Positions 12,645 to 36,502 of a stretch of DNA of 64,000 bases are shown in pieces. This DNA is from Tubulanus polymorphus. Taxonomy: Eukaryota; Animalia; Nemertea. The notes beneath the pieces are model-generated. The model was not told the DNA's origin. It worked only from the letters and a program-made list of their open reading frames with translations, and did no database searches. Both the position numbers and the translations under genes were made by a program. The first letter of the stretch is position 1, and every line of letters begins with the position of its first letter. The stretch is taken from assembly GCF_964204645.1 (NCBI RefSeq), contig NC_134034.1, positions 12,474,962-12,538,961 of the forward strand, in the 5' to 3' direction.

Positions 12645-13705
12645 CAATACTCAGACTTTTGACTTCTCTTTGATGTATTTTTTGAAAGACTTTTTGGTGA
12701 TACAGCATTCTAGATTGGGTATAGGTCTGATTGGTTGTTGTGTAGCCGGTCTGCAGTGTGCGTATTGTGGTTTACTTCTCTAATTATTCATTCATTATCA
12801 AATATTAGATTATAGATATAGGTTACACTTCCCTCTTATATCCATCTAAAACTATATCTTTCCAGCCCAGCCCCCTCTTCCTGCGTTCCTTTTCATCTTT
12901 AATCTAACAATCTTTATCCTGCTCAACAGGCCACCCCCTCCTCCCCTCCTCCCTCTCCCCACACGTGGGTCCAGATTCTTCAAGCTCAAAACGGTTAGGA
13001 TTGAATTGTTGTCCTATTGAAAACACCAAGTAACCAATAGCAATTAAACCAAAAAATTTAAACTTTTTGGACCCTTTAATTTATTCCTCCCTGTCTCTAC
13101 TCTTCTCTCATCGTTCTCTCTTGCCGCCAACAGTTTCTATCGCTTGATCTAAACATCACATTCATAGATCTCTGTCAGCTCCGCGTGACCTTCACAATGG
13201 TTTATCGTCGGGTATTTGTAGAATTAGCTATTCCCGGTCGGATGAACTGCTGATGGGGACTCTCGCAGTCATCGTTAACTCCTAGTTTATTGACTCTCGT
13301 AGTCACTTCACGGCTGTTTTAATATTGATCCGTCTGTTTTAATGGTAACAGTAAGAGGAGCAGCAGCAGCAGCAGCAGCTGACACAGTTTAATCTATCGA
13401 TCACTAATTAGACGATGCTAATTAAAAGAATCTAATAGAAAATCCTGGCTCACTCTACAACCTGTTTGTGTGTGTCATGCTTTCCATACAAGGCCCAGGG
13501 AATTCTGATACAAGGCCTCCCGACAGCCCTAGGACCGCCTACACGACCCGGGGAATACCGTCCTCGGGCCTACGAATGTTTATCTACACTTATTTAATCG
13601 TATCGTCCTTGCGTTTTTCAGATCGAATCCTCGTTGTTGCCATGGTAATGATGGTAAGCGATTACTGATCGTACGGATACGGCCGCATTGTTGCGTAGCG
13701 ACGGG

Positions 13706-23411
<9,706 letters not shown>

Positions 23412-23431
<20 letters not shown>

Positions 23432-23642
23432 TCGACATCGACCTGTCTTAACTAGTCAACATCGACCTGTCTTAACTAGTCGACATCAAACTGTATAAAC
23501 TACAGTAGTCAACATCGACCTGTCTTAACTGGTCAACAGCGACCTGTATAAACAAGTCGACATTGACCTGTATGAAATAGTCAACATTGACATAGACCTG
23601 TTAAAACTAGTCAACATCGACCTGTTTTAACTAGTTGACATC
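23412..23642 (+). repeat. 24-bp minisatellite spanning the TMEM198 stop codon and proximal 3'UTR
   Basis: Unit catcgacctgtcttaactagtcra, ~9 degenerate copies; the first contains the TAG at 23429-23431. Confidence 0.85.
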
Positions 23643-26600
23643 AATCACAAAAATCTATTCATCTAATATCTCAATGTTCTTGACCGATATGAAGGTTTAC
23701 TGCTGTCTGGGCCGGGTTACTTTACAAAAAAAACAAATTTAAGCCCATTTTCTGATGAGCCCTTAAACTTTTGTCTCATTTGAAGGGTTCTTTAGTTCAC
23801 AGATGAGTCGACCTAAAAATATTTGCATTTCTAGACTCTTAGCCTAAGTTCATGGGCAGTTCCTAAATTGAAGACCTGGCTCTAAACCCATTCCCATTAC
23901 TGCAATAGATCTAAAAAATCTATCTGTAAAAATGTAAAATAAGTGTCTCATTTCATTATTATGCTCACTCGAAATGGCAGTATTTTTGAAATGACCACTA
24001 GCGCCATCTCAGCAGACGTACGTGAATCAAAGTCAGTATTTTTCAACATCGAGCATTTTTGTTTCTTGATTCGAGAATACGATTTTGGATTTAGGCGTCT
24101 GGACGGCCAGTTCCACCGCTAGTCTTCGAGTTAGATATCAGTCAAAATCAATTCTTTGATTTTGACTCGAGAAGCAAATTTTGGAACTGGTGTATCTCAG
24201 TTGATGTAAATAGAACGAAAGGTGTGTTATTCCGTGTTTTGATCATTTGTTTTTCTGTGTGTAACGAATTTTGTGCCAAATTGGAAATTTATGTAACTCT
24301 CTTAACTTAACTAAGAAAAACGGAGGATGATCGGTAAAATGGCACGTCTATGCTCGATGAAGAGTTATGACGAATCACTTTTCCCTAAACCCTTAACATC
24401 TACGTTCGAAATTTGTGTAGCTACTGAATATTCAAGCGATATAAAGGATGTATTTAATTTGAAAGCATATACAGAACAAACTTGTCCAATTCGGATGAAG
24501 TCATCATCGAAGTCATCACTTTCTCGAAATACAATTTGTATTTCGGATTCAATCGACTATGGTAAGCGTAAGTCGGCATTTGGATGAGTCAACAATACAG
24601 TGGAACCTCGTTACAACGAACTCTGATACGACTATTCATCAGATAACAAATAAACAAATTGTGTCCTAAGTAAGAGAATTCAATGAATTTCATACAAGAT
24701 ATAACGAACTATCGGTTATAACGAACATATTTTCTGGTCCTGTGAAGTTTGTTGTAACGAGGGATCATTCATTTATTACGTACGCATAAAATTGGAATTT
24801 TTCAACCCCCCTCCCACTGTACACAAAATCGGCCATTCTTTCATATACATTAAGCATTACAGTACGCAATTGCACTGACCCCTCCCCCCTCCCCTAATGC
24901 GTACGTAATAAATGAATGACCCCATAGAACTATCGGTTATAACGAACAGATTATCGAGGTTCCGCTGTGTTATGATTGTCGCAGCTATGATGACTGAAGC
25001 ACTCTGCTATTGTTTTATCTTGTAGCTGGCAATGTTGTTATTGAAATTCACGAATATGGTTGCTATCTTTATAAAGGGTCCAATCGATGTATTTTCTAAG
25101 CATTCAATATAGAATAAAGCAAGTAAACAATGTACAATCTCTCTCTATTACGTATAAAACTGCCTTTTCGTTAAAATGGTGCTGTTTATTATGCGAATAT
25201 TCCTACGATGAACAAATATGAATTGGTTTACTAGGTTGAATAGTTATTTTGAACTATGATAACGAAGGTTTGGTTGAATCGTCTCACAATAATGCCATAG
25301 ATAGCTATTTGAGGGTTTGAGCTGGTCTTGTATCTAGCAGTTGTTCACATTCTACAGGGTCCGATCTAAGCACTTGTCCCATTGCCCGGGACAAGTATAT
25401 TCTCATCAGGGCAAGTAGGTTATCATCATCACTTGTCCGCCGGGCTAGTGCAATTTTATGTCACAAAGCTTTTTTCCCACTCGATACAACGGTGAATTGT
25501 GCCACCAATCGGACTGTCTGTGTAGGGCAAGTAGCTTTTGGAGGGGGCAAGCGAAATTTCAGATATGCTTGCCCCCGGGCGAGTGGCTTTCATTCCTTAG
25601 ATCGGACCCTGTTCTAGGGGGAGGACTTTTCTGAGTGATGTCTGGGTCAAGGGTTCGATCCTCTGGTATTCATACTGTTCTAGGGGTAAGCTGTAAAGAT
25701 CCTCTGGTATTCACACTGCTCTGGGGGGATGCCTGGGGCTAGGTGTTACCGGTACGATTATCCGGGCTGCCTCTAAGGCCCCAAATGGCGTATTTAATGT
25801 TGTTCATATCCCGTGTAATACTGATAATATTTGTATCTCTGAATTTCGGACCCATTTCCGCAGTTATTGTCGGTTAAATCAGACGAGCCAGTTCCACAGT
25901 TCTTCATTACTTTGAGTTAGAATTAGTTCGTTTTCAATGAGTTAACTCTGAGTCAAATCTTAACTCATGACTGGGAACTTGGTTGAGTCTGAAAATTGAT
26001 CGGTGATTTTCAATAATTTTTTTAACTCGAGAATCAGGATTTTAAACGAAAACCGATGAAACTGAGGTGTCCGAATTCGACGAGAACTATATCTGTAATT
26101 AATGTTAATATTTGTATAAATTGTGATTTTTCTATCTCAGAAATGATGCGGTAATTCAACGAATCGATGTCTAATGATAATTGTAGCTGATTGTTTTATG
26201 TTGTCGTCGTTATTTCGGTGTTCGTTTTTAATTGTTTGTTTTAAGAATTTACGGTTCGGAAATAATTAGAAAATCAATCTCTCTCTCTCGCGCTCTGCCT
26301 AGGCTTTAATTTCACTTGTTCGCGTCGGAGGAAAAATTGTTTGCAATAATAAATAAAGGAAATATTTGATACAACGAAATAAATCTTGATGTTATTTGGT
26401 TCGTTTGCTCAAGGATAAGGAAATTGACTCGCCCTTCGTCGTCACAAATTGGATAGTTCAGGGGAAGCAAAGGCTATGGAATTCTTTAATTGAAAAATAA
26501 TTTTTTTAAGGTACATTCACCGTAATAACCATAATTAAATTAATTTTTTAGTACCCGGCCCGCTAATTATTTTGTGAAAGGTTTTGTCGTCTAATGCTGC

Positions 26601-27101
26601 CCCCATGGTGAGGCGCTTAGTCTGTCTCAGTTTCTCCTAACTATTATGCAAAATAATATGTAAACTTATTTACAAGTGAGTGCAAAATATAGTGGAATTT
26701 TTCAGAGTTCATATAGTGGAATTTCTTTTATTTATAACAACTAGTAGTTATAAGAAGATTCAAAAGGATTTGTTTTAATTTAAGAAAAATATTGCCGTGC
26801 GGTGCTGCCACCTAGGATACGCGCGCGGAAGTAGTCTGTGTAACGTACTCTAAACTGCGATCTAACGAGCGTAAAGGTATTGAAATCATATTTCTTTTTT
26901 TAACTTAATTCGAAGGCCGTGGTGCGATGTCAGGACCCGCCCTGATCGCCTGAGTAGCAATCAGCCGATTGACGTTCCTTTCTGACAGCGATCGAGACGA
27001 GAATTTAAAATCTGGAGTCCTCTTTTAGTCTTAGTCTAGAGAAGTGATAAACAATGATTTCTTGATTTTTTGTTGAACAGGAATGGAATAACACACAAAG
27101 A

Positions 27102-30100
27102 ATGAAACCTAATCGCAGAAAAACAAAGAAACCGGATTTATTTAAATCTGCTGATGAAAGCGGATCTAAAGATGGCCGCCGCAGACGATTGGTCATGCGT
27201 AGAAGGATCGAATCTCACCTGAACGACACTTGCGACTCGCCGCGTCACGACAACAATCGAGAAACAAAACTACACATTCTACGCGACGGTGATACATCGC
27301 CATCGGCAACCGCGTCGAAAAATCGCGACAACAAACGTCGAAAATCGTTACTCGAGGAATTAAAAGACGTCGAAAAATATACGAAGGACGATCGGGAAGA
27401 TATCGAAGATGAGAAGAATGATGATGCTGAGGAGGATGTAAGCGTCGATGATGATATTGATTGGACCGATGTAAAACCCGCGAAAATAACATCGAAAAAT
27501 AAAAAATGGAAACGAGTGAAAAAACGAAAATTCAACAACGTGGACGATGATGAAAGCGATGATGATGTTACCTTGGAGACGATGAGGACGACGTCGGTGA
27601 GCGATGAAGACACGCCTCAACGTCGGTCGACGCGGACTCCGTCCGCCGTTGTCCGCGACTTCGGTGACAATCGGTTGAAAAACATGTTACGATCGCGAGT
27701 AAAATCGGGAAAAGGACATGTGAGTATTGTTGAGAATGGGGATGATGATAGCCCCGCCCCCAGAAGAGGACGTCAACAGTTGGAGAAGGATGATAGCCCC
27801 GCCCCCAGAAGAGCACGTCAACAGTTGGAGAAGGATGATAGCCCCGCCCCCAGAAGAGCACGTCAACAGTTGGAGAAGGATGATAGCCCCGCCCCCAGAA
27901 GAGCACGTCAACAGTTGGAGAAGGATGATAGCCCCGCCCCCAGGGGACGTCAACGGTTTGAGGAGGATGATAGCCCCGCCCCCAGAAGAGCACGTCAACA
28001 GTTGGAGAAGGATGATAGCCCCGCCCCCAGAAGAGCACGTCAACAGTTGGAGAAGGATGATAGCCCTGCCCCCAGAAGAGGACGTCAACAGTTGGAGAAG
28101 GATGATAGCCCCGCCCCCAGAAGAGGACGTCAACAGTTGGAGAAGGATGATAGCCCCGCCCCCAGGGGATGTCAACGGTTTGAGGAGGATGCTAGCCCCG
28201 TCCCTAGACTCCGTAAACGATCAGCATTTATAGAATTAAACGAGAATTCCGACTCGGAGACCGAATTGTACGTCCCGAGAAAATCCGTGCGGAGGAGTTC
28301 AGAGAACTCACAGAGTGACAGACGCATGGAGCTGAGGACTGGTCCAAGTAGAGGGGGTGGAAAAAGTAGCAGCAGACGCACGGAGCTGAGGACTGGTCCA
28401 AGTAGCGGGGGTGGAAGCAGTAGCAGCAGACGCACGGAGCTGAGGACTGGTCAAAGTAGCGGGGGTGGAAGCAGTAACAGCAGACGCACAGAGCTGAGGA
28501 ACGAGAGTGGCAGCCGCAGGAAGAGAAACGTCGCAAGAAGAAAATCGACGACGACTTCGGGATTTCGATCGAACAGTTCATTGGTCGTAGCGCGTAGAGC
28601 GGTCAAACGTAAACGAAGCGTCGACGATGAAAGCGACGATAAAAACGATGATGATTCCGTGAATCGAGGCGAATTACGCGAAATCGTAGTTTACATCGAC
28701 GAGTTCGAAAACAACGCGATTCTCGAGCCGTGGGACGACGTGCGTTCGTTATCGACGAGGTATTTCAGAGTTAACGAAGGGTTGGCGGGTAGAGTGAAGA
28801 GCGCCGAGTGCGGAAGAGTTCGTTTATCGTTCGAGGGGCGTAAGTCGTCTCGCCACGTCGGAGCGGACCACGACGACGGCGGGGGTGATAGCGTCGTCGT
28901 GAAGTGCGAAGACGACGAAACGATCGTTCGAATGGAAAAAGAAATTCCCGTCACGGTGAAAGTGGAGACAGACGAGGATGAGGAGAAGGATGTTGATGAT
29001 GATGAAATGAAGAAGTTGATGGAGGAGGCCGGTGTGAGTCTGATAGAGGCGGAACGAGGAGGAGAGGAGGTAGCAGACGCTTTGAAGGAGCCGATCCAGT
29101 CGTCGTCGTTACCCGAATCGTCCTCCTCCGTCGTCGATGACAACAATGAATCGGAATCGACGAATCGTGTATCTACGGTTTATGAGGTATCCGGGGATAC
29201 GTTGATACCATACGTATTGTTGACGATCGACGCAGCGTCGACGACGCGTGAACCGTTACGCGAACTCGTTAGTAAACTGACGGAAATTGCGGCGGATACC
29301 GAGATACCGGAGCGCCCCCTGGTGTGTAAAATATGTCCGTCTGCCGTCGCCGAGCAGACGTCGTTTAATACGTACGAATCGCTGGTGACGCACTACGAGA
29401 CTCACGCGAACAGCGCGTTAACGTGTAAACAATGCAGCGCCACCTACCCGACGTACTTCGACATGAGAGCGCACATGAAGTCCGAGCACGCGATGGTCGC
29501 GGTCGCCGATCACGCCGCGGTCCGCACTTGTCTCGGTTGCGAGGATCCGATATTGTTCGCGTCGGAACGCGATCTCGCGATTCATTATACGGCTCATTTC
29601 GAACGCGATCTGCCGTTTGTTTGTTCGATTTGTCAACTGGACGTAACGAGTTACGGCGAGTTCGTCGATCACATGAACTCGGACCACGGTCTGAGAAACC
29701 GTCGGTCCCATCTACGTTGCCTCGCGTGCCCGTCGGCCGTCAGGAACATCTTTGACAGCGTCGAGGAACTCTGCACGCATTACGCGACGCGACATTTCAC
29801 TCGCGGCGACGGAGATTTCAACTGTCGAATCTGTAACCGCGGCGACGCGTTTAAAACGTACAACGAACTGTCGCGTCACATGTTCGAGAATCACGATCGA
29901 GTTTCCCGAGCCGCCGTGAGATACCGAAAATGCGAGAAATTTTGTCGACAAGTCGTTCAACTGGAGACGGACTCCGATCTGGCGTTGCATTACGTGGCTC
30001 ATTGCCGCGGCGACCTGCCATTCGATTGTTGGTTCTGCGACGCGGAATCGTTCTCGACGATGTACGATTTGCAGAAACACATCACAGACGTTCATCTGAC

Positions 30101-33100
30101 GGTTCGAGTGATCGGGGATTCCCCAGATAAGAGGACGGAGGATTCCCCCGGAGAGAGGACGGCGGTGTCCGGTGAAAATTCAGCGATCGTAAAAACGAAA
30201 GAGGAGGAAAATATTGAAGCAGGCGTCGTTGAACTTAATGAAACTGCGGATAAAACTCCAGTAGACATAACGATGAATGAACTTATAACTGATGGATTTG
30301 TGAATGCTGATGTAGCTGTTTGTGGTGCTGTACCTGCTTCTGCTACAGCACCTGCTGATGCAGCTGTCGGTGATGCTGTACCCGCACCAGCTACAGCACC
30401 TGCTGATGCAGCTGTCAGTGATGCTGTACCCGCACCAGCTACAGCACCTGCTGATGCAGCTGTCGGTGATGCTGTACCCACACCAGCTACAGCACCTGCT
30501 GTTGCAGCTGTCAGTGATGCTGTACCCACACCAGTTACAGCACCTGCTGATGCAGCTGTCAGTGATCCTGTACCCGCACCAGCTACAGCACCTGCTGATG
30601 TTGAGAACATTGTCGGTTACATTCCTGATTCTCTTCATCAAAATACGGATGTAGAAATGGTTGTAGAGGGCGCAACAGTAAATGCTGATGATGTTAGTAT
30701 TCCTGTCTCTGACCAGATTCCTCTCACAGCTGAGGTTCCACTCCCTTCCACAGCTGAGGTTACACTCCCTTCCACAGCTGAGGTTCCACTCCCTTCCACA
30801 GCTGAGGTTACACCCAATTTTGCAGCTGAGGAGGTCAATCTCCCTTCTACAGCTGAGGTTCCTCTCTCACCCATACCTGAGGAGGCCCCTCTGCCCGATG
30901 TAAATCCAAAACTCAGTGAACCGATGGATACTACAGAAAACATCAACGACAAACATCCTGAATCGATGAAAGAACAAACAAATGTTACAACAGAACCAAC
31001 AGAGCGAGTTGTTACTACGGATACAACACCGGCAGACGGAGTTACAGCGACGTTATCGCTCGCTGAGAAGCTAGCGGAAGCCATCGAGAATGGACCCAGA
31101 TTCGAGATCGTCCCGGCTAGAAATTATCGAAGTGAAAAGTAAGTGTTAAGATTTATAATTTCTTTCCATATTTCCAATACAGCTTTAAAAAGAATTTTTA
31201 TCCATTTCTTGTGAAGTGGAAGAACTGCCAACTCCTACTGTGGCAAGCAAGGATCCACCAGGTGGCGCTAAGTAGTTACTCGGTCTTCGGCTGTTTTCCA
31301 TTTCGTCAGTTATAAATCTCTATCTAGATGATCGTTAAGCGATCATTAGCTCGTCGAGTGTATGTTGTCGTAGTGTCGGTGTATTTATTGATTATCGATT
31401 GATTGTAGGCAGGTGATCTACTCGCAGCAGACGTATCTAATGACGGCAGACGACATCGTTCAGTTCCGGTCTACGATACTCCCTGCGTCTGCTGCTCACA
31501 CGATGACACTCTCCTCGCAGATTACCGGAAATACCCGACTCATCGTTATCTCACGGAAAGGTAAATTCAGCTAATGAGTGATTGGGTAAAGCGTTGGACT
31601 CGGGGAAGCCAGATCGTGGGTCCGAACCCTGTATATTGTTATAGTGTCATCGGGCAAGACACTTATCCTCATTGCTTTACTCCACCCAGGAGGGAGTAAG
31701 TAGGTACCTGGTCTAATAGATGACTCCTCAGCGGCTAGTAGCTGCTCAGATGTAACTCACCCCCAGGGAGAGATGACTGATAGGCCTATATGGAATCGAG
31801 TTATAGGCTGGGGGGGGGGGGGTAATAATACCGCTTTTGAACATATTGTATCACAGTGAAAAGGGCGCTAAGGTAACTGGTATCACTACTTCATTCATTC
31901 TAATCTGACACAGATCGAGAATGAAATTAGTTTTAGATGATTTATTCAAGTTGAGAATTAGAATGCAATTGAAGAAATGGGGGATTATAGTGAAAGTCAA
32001 CATAGTTGTGATGGTCAGTCATTTTGAAATACAAATTGGGACTCAAAAATAGGGATGACTTCAGTAATATGATGACTTAACCAAATGACTTACATTTACT
32101 GAAATTGAATCAGGTAGCAAAAGTAGAGATAATTTCAGCATCTTCAGCTGAAGTGTGTAATCTGTTGCTGCGGGTCTTTGTGAAATGCTCATTGTAATTG
32201 ATTATTTTCAGATGAAGATGACGGAGACGAAGAACAAACTCGTTTTGTTCTGCTGTGCACCGGTGAACGGATACCGATCGTATTCAGCGGTAACTCGTTG
32301 ATGTCGCGTCGAGCCGAGCACATGGAATACGACCCCGATCGGCCGCGGTGTCCGAAATGTCGGCGTCGTTTCAGCCGCGCGTCGTCGTTCGTCGCGCACC
32401 TGAAATCCGAAACGTGCTATAACCGAGTCGAGTTCACGTGCCCCGTCTGCGAACGCGAGTTTCCACGGAAACGACTGGTCGTTCACGTCAACGAGAACAA
32501 CTGCTCGAAACCGTTGCCGCCGGTGACGGTGACGCGCGCGGACGACGCGTGCGGGTATTGTCGCGCTTGCGTCGTAACCTTGACGACCGATGATGATATT
32601 CGTAAGCACCGTTGCCGTGGCGATGCGGCGGCCCGCGGGGTTTACCGGTGTCCGCGGTGTTTAGCCGCCTTCTCGACCCGAACTGCCGTCGCCAGTCACC
32701 TGATATCGTCGTCGCCGTGCCGACTGAAGAGCCGTCTGCCGCGTTGTAACCTAGCAACCAAATATTCGCCGATGAAATGTTTCGTGTGCGACGAATCGTT
32801 CAACGACGAACGCGACTTCTTGTCGCATAAACACGTAACCGCGGCGACGCGCGACGACGACGCGTCCGTAACCGAGGATACGACGATCGATTGTTCGAAA
32901 TGTAACTGCCGATTTACGACGTTTAAAAAACTGATTCAACACGAACGACGGAAGGGAAAGAATTTGCACCGTTGCTCGCGCTGTCCGAGGGTTTATATCT
33001 CGATCGCTCAGTTAAAACTGCACGTCTATATCGCGCACGCTCAAATCAAACTTCACAACTGCGCGCGCTGCTCCAAGTATTACAAATACGGATTGCAGCT

Positions 33101-33461
33101 TCGCCGGCACATACGCCGCGAACACGGTCGGTTCCGCGTCTCGCGCGCAGGTGGCGCTAGACGTCATCGATGTCCGAATTGTCGCAAGACGTTCGCGACG
33201 GCGACGCAGAAGTATACGCACGACGTTTTCAACGGCGCGTGCGGCGCGTTTCTGTGCGGTGCGTGCCACCGCGCGTTCCGTACGAAGGCCGCGTTTGTCT
33301 ATCACAACGTGCACGTCCACGAGAGGGCGCTGTATCGGTGCGCGACGTGCTCGTATCGGTTCGTCTCGGAGCGTCAGTTGCGTCGTCACCGGGCGGCGTC
33401 GCTGTGTCGCGAGCGTAAGAAATATCAGTCGCGACGCGGCCACAGGACGTCGACGAAATAA
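27102..33461 (+). CDS. Large multi-C2H2 zinc-finger protein (~1812 aa) with internal tandem peptide repeats
   Basis: Exons 27102-31138 (AA|gtaagt), 31409-31560 and 32212-33461 join with consistent phases (5439 nt). There is a central cluster of C2H2 fingers (e.g. CKQC..HMKSEH, CSIC..HMNSDH) and a C-terminal cluster (CSRC..HVYIAH, CARC..HIRREH). No orthologue recognised. Confidence 0.8.
27744..28206 (+). repeat. Coding 45-bp tandem repeat (DDSPAPRR[AG]RQQLEK), ~10 units, in the ZnF gene; further coding repeats of 54 bp (28320-28500), 48 bp (30345-30600) and 24 bp (30725-30860)
   Basis: Visible in both DNA and translation; all unit lengths are multiples of 3. Confidence 0.9.
31568..31870 (+). 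mobile_element. tRNA-headed CORE-like SINE in ZnF intron 2
   Basis: Degenerate A/B boxes (tgggtaaagcg...gggtccgaaccc) followed by gtgtcatcgggcaagacactta...ccacccagg...ggtacc, resembling the CORE-SINE domain. Confidence 0.55.
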
Positions 33462-36310
33462 TGATGGTAATCAACGAGCATCATCGAAAAGAACTGAGTT
33501 TGGAATCGACGGCGCCTCAGAAGAGTTCCAGAGATGAAAGTCGATCGAGTGAAATTAAACATTGCCGATTATGAATGCATTTATATGAAATCTTAAATGA
33601 TTTCTGATTTGACCTTCAGTCAGTGTTGGATCTAGATTATTTCTGATCCAACCGTTCTAGTTGTGTTCAAATCATTCGTCGTGCAAATAACTAAGAAGAG
33701 AAAAAAAAGGTTTTAACGTAAACCTGGCTTGAATTAAACATATCAAGAACCTTTTCCTCGCGGAGGTAAAGTGAGTCAACTATACGCATGGTTCCCACAG
33801 AACAGGGAAATTGGGAAAAACTTGGGAATTTTGAAATAATAATTCCCGGTTTTGAAATATTTGGGAATTTGAAAATTTTCCTCAAATCTGGGAAATATTT
33901 GGAAAATTCAATACATTTCACATATCGCATTTGCCAAGGGCAACTTCCCTTTAAAATCACCTTTATCAACAGGTCACCGCTAAAACGTTGGCTGTTGCAT
34001 GACGATATGTGTTCATTTCCATTTGGGAAAATTGAAAAATCACCCATGAAATACTTGGGAATTTTGAGAGTGGGAACCGTGTTAATATGGCGTTTAATTA
34101 TTATATTGGCTTATTGCATGTATTTATGTTTTAGTTACGTGTCTCTTTTTTGTTCCGGTGTCGGTTCCTAGTCTAATTGTCTCGTCTGATGTGTAACGTA
34201 CTCCGTAAATCCACCGATGACATCATCGTGAAAATCTATTGAAATTGTGAAATTATATATCTTCCGGAGAGACGGAAACGATCTATAGTCCGTATCGAGC
34301 AAGTCAAACAGAAATAGAAAATGTTAACATCTTTGACATTTCTTGATTATACTGTGGAACCTTGTTGCGGCGAACTTCACCGACTAGAGAATAATTTCAG
34401 ATGTGCTTGCCCCCGGGGACAAGTGGATTTCATTCCTTAGATCGGACCCTGCTACGACAAATTCTGATGTAGAGAATACTCCACCAGCCTGAGAGCCTTT
34501 TTTCCCACTCGATACAACGGATGATAGCGCCACCAATCGGACTGCCTGTGTAGGGCAAGTAGCTTTTGGAGGGGGCAAGCGAAATTTCAGATATGCTTGT
34601 CCCCCGGGCAAGTGGCTTTCATTCCTTAGATCGGACCCTGTATAATGATTTGATGTAAATACACTCGTGGGCAGGTTCGCTTTGCGATTCCTAGAGATTT
34701 CTGACTTGAAGTGATGTCAGATTTTACAGTGATGTCATAGGCAGATTTACGAGAAGGTTTCTTCGATTTTATATTTTGTTTTTAAATTCATGTCTCGTGT
34801 TGCTATCGAATAACGTTTGTATTGAGTTTTTCTCGATTCTGTTGTGATAGTGATTGAAATTATCGAAAATAATAAGTATTTTAATGTCGATGATGATTAT
34901 TGATCAAACTGATGTCTCAAAATGGTTTCATAATCTGTATATATAATATTGTCAATGGGTCAGTTTCATGAAAAAAAAAAGTTCAAATCTTATTTTTGCT
35001 TAAATTGTTTATTTCGTATTTTCAATGAGAATAACAGTTCAAGCTTTTAAGCTTAAACCGTTTTAAGTTTAAATTTTTTCGTGAAATTGGACCCGGGATC
35101 CAGTCCCAAAGTTGTCCGTTGCATTTTTCTGTAGATTTACGATTACCACAGTTCGGTAATAATTCTACAGTAAAATATAAACTCATAACTATAAAACGTT
35201 GACTGGTATCAGGGGCTGCAGTTGCCGAAGTTGGTTAGAGTTTTAACCGGTGGATAGTTGACGTAGTAATAATTTAAAAAAATTCATAGTTACTTCGGTA
35301 GCAACTGCAGCCCTGGCTTTGTAACGATTGAATTACGATTTTAGCATAATTAATAGATTGTTGATTATATTAGAAATATATTACGATAATGTACAAATAT
35401 ATTTTATCGAGAAAGTTAGAGAATGTTTGAAACCCGCTTTTTCGAAAACCTAAAAGGTTTTAAAACGAAATTTTAAACGAGAAATTAAATAAACGCTGCG
35501 TTTTATACTCTCCGCGGAGTCCATTGTCAGATCGGATTTCTATTGTTGTCGAATAACTCGTCTGTGTGTTGATGTGTTAATATGTTTTATTATGTGTGAA
35601 ATATTGATTTTCACCACTAACGCACGTTTTTGAAGAGATATCGTGTATGTTTTGATCTCACTTTGTGTGTGTATTGATATCTGGTTCACGCGCAGCTGAT
35701 GTAATGAAGCCGAGATGACAAAAGTTCAATTAGAGATTGCAGACGGTTTCTAGTTTTACTGTCAATGCGAGATGTAGAGTAGTCGCACGTGGTGGTGTTC
35801 ATTCAGTGAATCAAAAGACATATAATACAGCGTAGTAGATCTCACTGAATTTTTAAGCTCAGCAGAAATGAGAGACAAGGTTTTCAAGGATAATCATCGA
35901 TAACTGAAGACCCTATAAATTGTGATTATGAATAATTTTTTGCAATCAGCGATTCAAAATTTGGGTGGAAACCGATAGTTAGGGGGGTTGATAAATCATT
36001 GAATCGATGTGATTTTTAATTGATTTGCATTTAATTATTGTTCGTTCGGTAACTGTCTCTCTTACGATGTTCGTAATTTTTTGTGGGGCAATAAACTAAT
36101 TGTAATATTGTACACTGATCTAAGGCTCAGAACCTCTCCAACCCGGTTATCTTCAGCCATCTGTATACTGCCACTAATTTGTTTTACGTTCTATGTCTGT
36201 ATTGTAGGTATGAATAACTATTGTCTTCTACTGAATAAAAACAAATCGTCAAATATTATTTGCTTATGATATATACAAGTTGTTCTTGTTATTTTATCGT
36301 TAACGCTTTG

Positions 36311-36502
36311 GCTCGGGACAGGGCTATTCCATCAGGTGTAAGGGCTCGGGACTGGGCTATTCCATCAGGTGTAAGGGCTCGGGACTGGGCTATTCCATCA
36401 GGTGTAAGGGCTCGGGACAGGGCTATTCCATCAGGTGTAAGGGCTCGGACTGGGCTATTCCATCAGGTGTAAGGGCTCGGGACTGGGCTATTCCATCAGG
36501 TG
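36311..36502. repeat. 33-bp minisatellite, ~6 copies
   Basis: Unit gggctcgggactgggctattccatcaggtgtaa. Confidence 0.9.

Noticed and set aside
13200-13250. Additional pre-miRNA-like hairpin
   Set aside because: Short bulged stem with no match to any miRNA family I recognise.
27193-33537. Antisense and alternative-frame ORFs over the ZnF exons (likewise within gag-pol and TMEM198 exon 3)
   Set aside because: Shadow ORFs of GC-rich or repetitive coding sequence.
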